NCBI GenBank assembly: GCA_964016885.1 | Contig: CAXHJY010000550.1 | Span: 1 to 35,786, forward strand | Length of the DNA stretch: 35,786 nucleotides | Direction of reading: 5' to 3' | Origin: Eledone cirrhosa | Taxonomy: Eukaryota | Shown here: in pieces, positions 25,981 to 35,786 of the stretch | Position numbering within the stretch: the first letter of the stretch is position 1 | Layout: each line of letters opens with the position of its first letter | Notes under the pieces: generated by a model | Databases searched by the model: none | Told to the model about the DNA's origin: nothing | The model's input: only the letters and a program-made list of their open reading frames with translations | Position numbers and translations under genes: made by a program

Positions 25981-26023
25981 ACGGTGCTGACGATAGCTAA
26001 TAAGCTTGAAACTAGTACATCGT
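25981..26023 (+). ncRNA. Minimal type I hammerhead ribozyme, inverted unit
   Basis: ACGGTG-CTGACGA-T-AGCT-AATA-AGCT-T-GAAA-CTA-GTA-CATCGT; predicted cleavage after 26017. Confidence 0.88.
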
Positions 26024-26282
26024 TCCTTTGTCAGTGTTGAACAAAAGGACAACGATGGTTGCTAAACACTGTACGGCTTAATTCGGGTTCTTTGTTTACA
26101 AACAAACCGAGCATTATAATAAATGTACGCTAAATCCGTACGTACATATATATATGTGTGCATGTATGTATATATATACATACTACTGTACGTCTGTATA
26201 CATATATGTATGTACGTATACATACTTATATTTAAGTAACAACCGTACTAAGAGTGAGAAATGAAATTTCGTTTCATTTTTT

Positions 26283-26325
<43 letters not shown>

Positions 26326-26820
26326 TAGGCGAGTTTTTGTGTGTATGCATGTGTATGTGTGTGTATATATATATACACAAGATATGCACCTTCAGACATA
26401 CACACACTAACACACTCACATATACATACATGCATATGTATATAAAACACACACACGTGTGTGTGAAAAGATATCGTATTTTACAAAAACAATACAAAAA
26501 ATTGGAAACATATGTGGAGAAGTTTATATATATATATGTATTTATTTATATATGCAGAGAGAGAGAGAGAGAGATGTAAAATCCCGACCGTGGCGTCAAG
26601 AAATTAACAAACCAACGTTTGTTTTATCTTGGACTGTTTCAGATTCGCATCTGAAAAGGGATAACAGCCCTGATATATCAAGCCAAAATACTCTGGGGGA
26701 AAGATTACTTAACTTTATTTACCATCATTTGCCTTTCGTATTTTTCTACCGCATTGTACCGGCGTTCAAATAACTTATAGGTCATTTACAGCATATTTCA
26801 CAATTATGATTGTGTTAACT

Positions 26821-26859
<39 letters not shown>

Positions 26860-27184
26860 GGCTGTATAAAGCTAACTGACAGCGGTTCCTTTACATTGTC
26901 AGTCACCTTGCTGGTGCGCCATTTCGAGTATTAAGATGGTATTGCCGTTGTAATGCCAGTTTGCGCAACACGTTAAACAACCACTGCGCTAGTAAGATGT
27001 ACGTGAGGTGATAGCAGACCTAAGAATGGACAGGAAAATTTACGGGTGTTTTTCGACAATAAATTGATAAATACGCAAATCATTACGACTAGAAATAAAT
27101 AGACAATAGATAACATGTAAAATGTGCAGCACTCGTTAGAAAAATATGTCTGGGTTGTGGGTGGAGCTGGAGAAAAGAGGTCTG

Positions 27185-27250
<66 letters not shown>

Positions 27251-27281
27251 CACACATAGAATGATGCCTTCATAAATGTAT

Positions 27282-27329
<48 letters not shown>

Positions 27330-27681
27330 GCACACACACAAGTTTATAAACCTTTACATGCAAACCTATATAAACATACACACACGGGTACATGTAGTTG
27401 TGATTGCGCCTGTTTATGTGTGTGTGTGTGTGCACGTGCGTGTGTGTGTGTGCATGTATGTTTTTTATGTATGCACGTGTATGTGTATGTAGGTGTGTTT
27501 GTGTGTGTAAAGAGAGATTACGTTAGAATTGGAGGAGCTGTTAAATATTTGAGTAGGTGCAGGTATAAGAAGGAATGAACGAAAGAAAGACAGCAATGTG
27601 TAAGAAATATAAAACCAAATTGTCAAGAAACCGAATGGAGTGTTGTTATGTTACCTACAAATAGTCACGCATCGCTCCTCC

Positions 27682-27731
<50 letters not shown>

Positions 27732-27775
27732 GCATACATGCAGATAAATATATACATACATACACACACACATAT

Positions 27776-27824
<49 letters not shown>

Positions 27825-28259
27825 CACATATATATATGTGTGCGTGTGTATTTATTATGTGCATGTATGCATATATATATATATATAGTTTGTGTATTTT
27901 CATATATATATATGGAGAGAGACAGAGAAAGAGAGAGGAGAGGGAGAGAGCGATAGAAAGAACCAGAGAACTGTGGAGTAAAATGTAGATAAACATCGTA
28001 GAGAGAGAGAGAAAGAGTGAGAGAAGTATTTAGAGTGGGGGAAGAAGGCGGGTGTAAAAGGAAGAAGAGAAAGAAGAATATAAAATCAATGTAATAAATA
28101 AATGAGGTAACAATATATTTCAAGTTCACTTTATTCCTCCATGACAGTTTCATACAGTCGTTACGTTTTTCAACTCAGCTGACTTCCCTCCTACTTCTCA
28201 CTCTCCTTTCACACTTTTCTATTATCTTCTCTAACCAATTGGCCAATTTATGCCCCCTT

Positions 28260-28753
28260 CCTATACTTTCCTCTCACATTCTTATTACTTTTCATTTTCA
28301 TTCCTTTTTATTTTCATTCCTTCCTATTCTTTCATCATTTTATTTCTTCATATCGTCATTTCTTTCTTATTCTCATTCATTCGTATTCTCATTCCATCCT
28401 ATTTCTTTATTCTTCTTCCTTCGTATTTTCATTCCTTCGTGTACATATTCGTTTGTATATTTTTCATTTCCTTCGTGTTCTCATTCCTTCGTATTTTTGT
28501 ATTTTATTTATCCGTATTCTCATTCCTTTATATTTTCATTTCTTCGTGTTCGTAATCCTTCGTCTTTTTATTCCTTTGTACTGTCATTTCTTGTTATTTT
28601 CCTTCTTTCCTGTACTCATTCCTTCGAATTTTCATTCATTCATATTCTTGTATTCTTGTTCCTCCGTATTCTCATTCCTTTATATTTTCATCCCTTCGAA
28701 TTTTTTCTTCTTGTATATCTTCATTCGTTGCAATTTTTGTATACTTGTTGCTT

Positions 28754-28836
<83 letters not shown>

Positions 28837-29075
28837 CGTAAAATAAGAAAATTATAAAATTAACTTACTAAAATTTCATATATTCTTGTACTTATTCCTT
28901 CGTATTCGTCTATTATTGTTCGTTCATGTTCTTATTCCTTCCTATTTCCATTCCTTTATATTCTTACTACTTCGTATTTTTATTCCTTTGTATTGTCATT
29001 CCTTGGTATTTTGATCCCTAGGTTTTTTTTATTCATATGTCCTCTTATACCTTCGTATTCCCTTATTCCTCCGTA
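28260..29075. repeat. Degenerate pyrimidine-rich minisatellite (about 18-20 bp, TTCTCATTCCTTCGTATT-like), split by (TA)n
   Basis: Recurrent tcattccttcgtatt variants; (TA)n at about 28764-28830. Confidence 0.8.
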
Positions 29076-29080
29076 TATGG

Positions 29081-29200
29081 TCTGAGTTCAAATCCCGTCG
29101 AGGTTAACTTTGCCTTTCATCCTTACGGGGTCGATAAAATAAAGTACCAGTAATGTAATGGGTAATTGCTGGCCTTGTGCCAAAAGTAGAAACAATTATT
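29081..29200 (+). mobile_element. SINE family A, 5'-truncated
   Basis: Nearly identical to 15394-15507. Confidence 0.88.
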
Positions 29201-29269
29201 ATGCCTTTCATGTCTCAAAACCCCACACGACGACTAACAGTAATATCTGTTCACATGCTACAGCTAAGA

Positions 29270-29860
29270 AGATAATATGTCTGGGAGGGTGAAAGACCAA
29301 AGAGAAAACCCAAGAACCGCTCGGCCGGCATGGCTTGCCTTAGCACGAGGCTAGGGGATGATAGTTGACCTGAAAAGGCAACTGAAAATTCTATCTCATA
29401 CAACACAGTCCATGTTGAGATTAGACATCAACTTGGTTTAAGAAATGGCAAGGCAGTTTATTCTACTGGAGCTAAATGTTGCTTGGGAGGAGACGATGAC
29501 GGAAGCACAGGAGACGAGCAAAGAAAAATACCAAGAATTAGTGGAGGAATGCCGCAGGGAAGTAGAAGACCTGGTGCAGTCAAGTGGAGGTTAACAGTCG
29601 AGGCTTTGTAGCTCATTATCTTAACAAAGCTTAGGAATCTCTAGGTATTATTGTTGCAAGCAGGATGAGAATCACCTGGAACAGCGTGGAAGCAGCAGTA
29701 AGGGCATCTAGATGGCTATGGCTGACAAGGAAAGACTGGTGGGGTGAGTAGTAAGACAGACTCATGTTTGAGAAACCTCGGTTGGATCACCTGTATGAGG
29801 GTATTTACTCTAAGACTTGAAACAGTGTCCCCGGCATAAAATCCTGATGATGTGCCTAAG
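29270..29860 (+). mobile_element. HERO-clade non-LTR retrotransposon 3' fragment (degenerate RLE)
   Basis: 29358-29751: MIVDLKRQLK..MLRLDI..ILLELNVAWEE..EAQE..KEKYQELVEEC / VEVNSRGF..SLG..EAAVRASRWLW. Matches the HERO pattern VDL..QL.FP..LRPD..ELTVPWEE..VEVGCRGF..AS.W.W. Confidence 0.8.
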
Positions 29861-30392
29861 GTTTTACATTCGTGAGTGTGTGAAGATCTATAAAATATTC
29901 TGTATCGTAATCTATTATATATGCTTGTATGTATACGTATGTATGTATGTTTATCTGTATGTATGCATGTATGTATGTATATGTTTATATGTATGTAGAG
30001 GTATGTATGTATACGTATGTACGTATGTATGTATGCATGTATGTCCTTATGTATGTATCCATGTACATATACGTATGTACGTGTATAAAGATGTTTGTGT
30101 AAAGCTATATGTGTGTGAAATTACCTCTCTCTCTCTTTCTCACACACTTTCTTCATATATTTTTTTGTGTATGTGTGTGTGCTTGCGTGTGTGTATACAC
30201 ACATACACACACAGGTACACACTTACATACACAGATACAGGTAAATCGTGGCAATATTTCGGTAAAGCGGCGACTACAGAATGAGGCGTAGGCATTTTCA
30301 GGTTACAACACAGCCTTTACATTCAATGAATCAACAGCGAGAAGTCAGTCCGGCAGATCTACAGATACGGCACAGAAGTAAGTAACAAGGTG

Positions 30393-30705
30393 TGAAAGCA
30401 CGTGGGGTAGTTGTTAGGTGTTCGGTTCGTAATCGTATGATCGCGAGTCCGATAACCGGTGTCACGTGGTGTCCTTGACCAAGAATCTTCATTTCACGTT
30501 ACTCCAGTCCACTGAGCTGGTAAAAACCTGTTGTACTTGTACTTCAATGCCTTGTCACATACACTGTCATGCTGAATCTCCCAGGGAACTATGTTTGGAA
30601 ATGAGCGTGTCTGCAGAATACCCAGTCATTAGAACGTTAACTTTATGAGTCAGCGATCCGTTGCTTGAACAATTGGAATATCTGTCATTAAACCGACGGA
30701 GATCT
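30393..30705 (+). mobile_element. SINE family B copy
   Basis: gtgtccttgaccaag..ctccagtccactgagctgg..accgacgga. Confidence 0.8.
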
Positions 30706-31000
30706 AACTCTCAGTTATAAAGTGATGGCTATAGCTTGTAATATATTTAATAGAACAACCGTATGCATTATCACGTATTAACCTAAAGGAAAGTGAATAA
30801 TCTATGGTTAGTTTCATCTAATAGTTACCCAGTTAAATAACAGGTATTAAATAACAAGTTTGATTAGCTAGCATTCTAGTCAATCGGGGCTTCCCCACAG
30901 ACGCACATAGCACTGCAAAAAGTATAATCTAAGCGTCACTCATACGATGTTTTATCTTCCGTGTGTGCGTTGTTCCTTTGTAGGTTTCAAATATTAGTAA

Positions 31001-31085
31001 CCCAGTTGTTCGACCAACAGAACAGCTTGCTCATGAAATTAAATTGCAAGTAGCTGAGCATTCCACAGTCAGGTGTGCACCTTAA
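31001..31085 (-). mobile_element. SINE family B 3' fragment
   Basis: Reverse complement ctgtggaatgctcagctacttgc..ttcatgagcaagctgttc..aacaactgg. Confidence 0.7.
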
Positions 31086-31499
31086 CAGGAACATTTAGCG
31101 TATCATAGGTAAGGAACGAAACTGGTCATTTCAATTACAATTATAACTGATGTTTTCAAGCTGAGTAAACTGGAGCAACGTGAAATAAAGGGTCTTATTA
31201 GAGAAAAAAACATGACGGCGGGAATTAATTTCGCGATCTTACAATGGTAAGATGAACATCCTAACCATTTGAACCAGGTACCTTCATCGTCCATGTAAGA
31301 ATGTATTCACATACACTGGCTGAATCCAGGCATGTAAATCTGATTCATTAACAAAATTTAAGTGTTTATTATAACAGAAAACTATTACTACAAACATACA
31401 CAAATGGTGGTGGATTGGCAGAATCGTTAGAGCGTCGCACACGAGAAACACATTCGGTGTAGCAAGAGGGGTGAAGAGAGACTCAGTTTTAAATAAATT

Positions 31500-31678
31500 A
31501 ATTGTTTCTACTTTAGGCGCAAGGCCATCAATTACCCAGTGCATTACTGGTACTTTATTTTATCGACCCCGTAAGGATGAAAGGCAAAGTCAACCTCGGC
31601 GGGATTTGAACTCAGATCGTAAAGGGACGTAACTATGCTGGAAAGCATGGCGTCCCACCCTCTACCGATACTGCCAAT
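31500..31678 (-). mobile_element. SINE family A, near full length
   Basis: Reverse complement almost identical to 15333-15507; a separate + strand head fragment lies at about 31405-31460. Confidence 0.9.
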
Positions 31679-31744
31679 AAATGAATAAATTCTCTTAGCA
31701 TCTAAGTAGTTTTTCTCTCAGTTGGAAATTATATTAAAGTCGGG

Positions 31745-31837
31745 GCCTGACGTCTGAGCTCTCGCTGTTTCGACAGGTAATTCTAGACTGTTGACAAAAC
31801 TACTTGCAGTGAACTAACTAATCATCTCGTCAGAGGC
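31745..31837 (-). ncRNA. Type I hammerhead ribozyme related to the 24591 motif
   Basis: Minus strand: GCCT-CTGACGA-GATGATTAGTT...AATTACCTGTC-GAAA-CAGCGAGAGCTCAGAC-GTC-AGGC. Confidence 0.72.
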
Positions 31838-31984
31838 GTGGCTTGCGTGATTGACGTGTCGGTAAAAAGACAAGCTGTCCATATAAGGGTAAATGATTTT
31901 TTTTGTTTTTTTTAATAGGTTGTTAATTAAAAGTTTTAAAATAAATTGATTATATTACACTTCTATTTAGGGAATATATCATGT

Positions 31985-32475
31985 AAATACAGTTTATTAG
32001 AAACAGAAAAAAAGAAAATTTAGATTGGAAAGAAAGAATGGAATTTGAAATAGGAAAATATAAAGAAAGAAAAGAAAAAAAAGGAAAAGAGTGGGAATGG
32101 CAAAGACTCTAGTGTCACATAAGAATGTGGAAAGTGAGGGGGAGGATGATTGGGCTCTGGACCTATGGTGGGGAGGCAAAGGGGCTGCGCCTCACGGACA
32201 AGATCGCAAAAGCATTACCGTGGAGAATGGTCAATGACACCCGCTGCAACAGCCACCCAACCTCGCGGGGCTCATCTTCAGACGGACCACCGACGTTCTG
32301 AACTTGCTGAGGAGCTCGACTGTATGGGGTCCAAGTACGCCTGAGGTCTCGACAGCAACCGGTGAAAAGAGGAAGTGACCGGAAACTCCCTTGTATTTGT
32401 TTATCTTCCTTTCTTCTGCAAGGCGAATCGCGATATCGGTGTTTGAGGCCGAAGTGCCTAAGTTGGAGGATACTG
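31985..32475 (-). mobile_element. CRE-clade non-LTR retrotransposon 3' fragment
   Basis: Minus strand: [30 protein letters not shown] / [25 protein letters not shown], stop at 32163-65. A pyrimidine-rich 3' UTR and AATAAA (31993-98) follow. Matches the AE..K..KY..F.P.AVET.G..QR.S.AIQRGNA pattern. Confidence 0.8.
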
Positions 32476-34260
<1,785 letters not shown>

Positions 34261-35786
34261 ATAACTTTGAATAACTTTGAAATGTTTTGGCCAGTATTGG
34301 CCCAGGCCATGTCTAACTTAATAGCACCACCTGGCGAAGTCTTTCAATTCAGGATTTGGGCACCATGGCCCATTCGAGAAGAGAATTACTGTTTGCGGAG
34401 ACATATCCGGGTGTGGGTGGTTTGTCCGGGATTACTTGGAGGAATTTGTCCAAAGACTTCTTGAATTTTGTGTGGTCAGTTTCTGTTTTGACGTGTCCTG
34501 GAGTGATGTTGAAGAGAGCAGGGCCGATTGAGGTGAAATAATTGTGCCGTATTGTTGTTATGAGTTGCGATTTAGATTTTTGAATGGGACGGATAGCACG
34601 GGGCCCAAGCCTTGGGTGTATCTTGAAGGCGATGCCAACATCATTTGGGCAGTGATGATGGAACATTTTCCACATCATGCAGATAATATAACGCTCACGG
34701 CGACGTTGGAGTGAGTAAAGTTTCAGGTTTTCCAATCGACCCCAGTAGTCAAGGTCTGACATATCGACCCCAGTAGTCAAGGTCTGACATGCCATCTATC
34801 TTTTTCGTGATTGCCCTTTGAGGAGCTTCAAGTTTCATGATACTTTGTTTCGTGTGGGGAGACCACAGTGGACAACAGTATTCAAGGTGTGGTCGGGCGA
34901 AAGTAGAGAAGAGAAGGATAATGGTGCGGGAATCTCTCGACTGGAAGGTTCTGAGGATCCAGGAACACATTCTGCGGGCCATGTCAACTTTGCTGCTTAT
35001 ATGCGTGGTCCAGCTTATGTTGCTGTCCACGGTTACTCCCAAGTCTCTGATGTTGTTAGATGCCACGAGAGTTTCCCCGGAGGGAAGGGAGTACGGGAGT
35101 TTCAGAGCATCCTCTTTTCCAAAGTGGATCAGTTCGAATTTGTCTTCGTTCAGTAACATGTTGTTCTTTTCTGCCCATTGGGTAACAGCCAGTAGGTCTG
35201 ACTGAAGGCTTATCCGGTCATCCACGCCATTGATGACCTTTTGGAGCTTGGAATCATCAGCGAAAATTTTAATGTTGCTGTGTTTGATGATGTCAGTGAT
35301 GTCATTAATATAGATGATGAAGAGAAGTGGGCCCAACACAGTGCCTTGTGGGACTCCACTACTGACTTTGGCTGGGCTTGATTTGACTCCCTCAACTACA
35401 ACATGTTGGGTTCTGTTTGACAGGAAGCTCTTGATCCACTGCAGCAGCTTTCCAGTGACACCAATATTGGACAGCTTTCTCAGTAGAATGTTATGATCAA
35501 CCCTGTCAAAGGCCTTGCTGAAATCAAGGTAGATAACATCAGTGTTGGAACCCTCTCCCAAGGCTCTCAAAATGTCATCAAAGTGATGCAGTAGTTGCGT
35601 CAGGCAATCCCTTCCATTACGGAATCCATGCTGGTTGGAGTTTAGCATATTGTTACTCTCAAGGAAGTGGGTCATTCGCGATCTCACCACTCGCTCAAAT
35701 ACCTTAATGATATGAGAGGTGAGTGAGATTGGACGGTAATTCACGGCAAGGGATTTGTTTCCCTTTTTGAAAACTGGGACAACAGA
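34261..35786 (-). mobile_element. CR1/L2-group LINE, 3' portion (continues beyond the window)
   Basis: RT ORF plus a short 3' UTR with a GGCCA-ATAC-TGGCC hairpin (34289-302) and a terminal 10-bp tandem repeat (ATAACTTTGA twice, 34261-80). Confidence 0.93.
34349..35786 (-). pseudogene. LINE ORF2 reverse transcriptase, frameshifted by a 28-bp duplication
   Basis: NYRPISLTS, QHGFR, YLDFSKAFD, SGVPQGTVLGPLLF, FADD, RPHLEYC..WSP. ORFs 34749-35744 and 34349-34795 join if one copy of the duplication at 34735-34790 is removed. Confidence 0.93.

Larger units (their letters stand above)
24933..26286. mobile_element. ~430-bp HHR tandem repeat (candidate non-LTR retrozyme): two direct units, a partial unit and an inverted unit
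   Basis: Unit A 24933-25360, unit B 25361-25793, partial unit 25794-25832, inverted copy 25833-26286. Units differ by few substitutions or indels; one HHR per full unit. Confidence 0.9.

Noticed and set aside
28260-29075. CRISPR-like array or membrane-protein ORF
   Set aside because: Degenerate minisatellite without unique spacers in a eukaryotic context; the F/S-rich ORFs are compositional.
29815-29856. GAAAC...GTC...CTGATGA in the HERO 3' UTR (type II HHR order)
   Set aside because: No stem I or stem II pairing in this copy.

Overview
AT-rich, microsatellite-dense eukaryotic DNA with no recognisable host gene. The SINE families and the (TA)n/(TATG)n load suggest a cephalopod, probably Octopus (inference). 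Nearly all ORF-track entries are microsatellite artefacts. The window holds mostly decayed mobile elements: a near-intact CR1/L2-group LINE RT broken by an exact 28-bp duplication, remnants of three restriction-like-endonuclease retrotransposon clades (R4/Dong, HERO, CRE), an RTE 3' end, an internally deleted mariner and three tRNA-derived SINE families. The main signal is non-coding: about ten type I hammerhead-ribozyme (HHR) motifs from at least five unrelated sequence families. The best case is a ~430-bp tandem repeat (24933-26286) with one minimal HHR per unit, present as two direct copies plus one inverted copy. It is a candidate non-LTR retrozyme (circular-RNA source) and carries an octamer/TATA-like module. 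Three HHR elements share a divergent inverted architecture with both outer ends in (TA)n tracts, as expected for Penelope-type integration. All structures were folded and translated by eye and no search was run.
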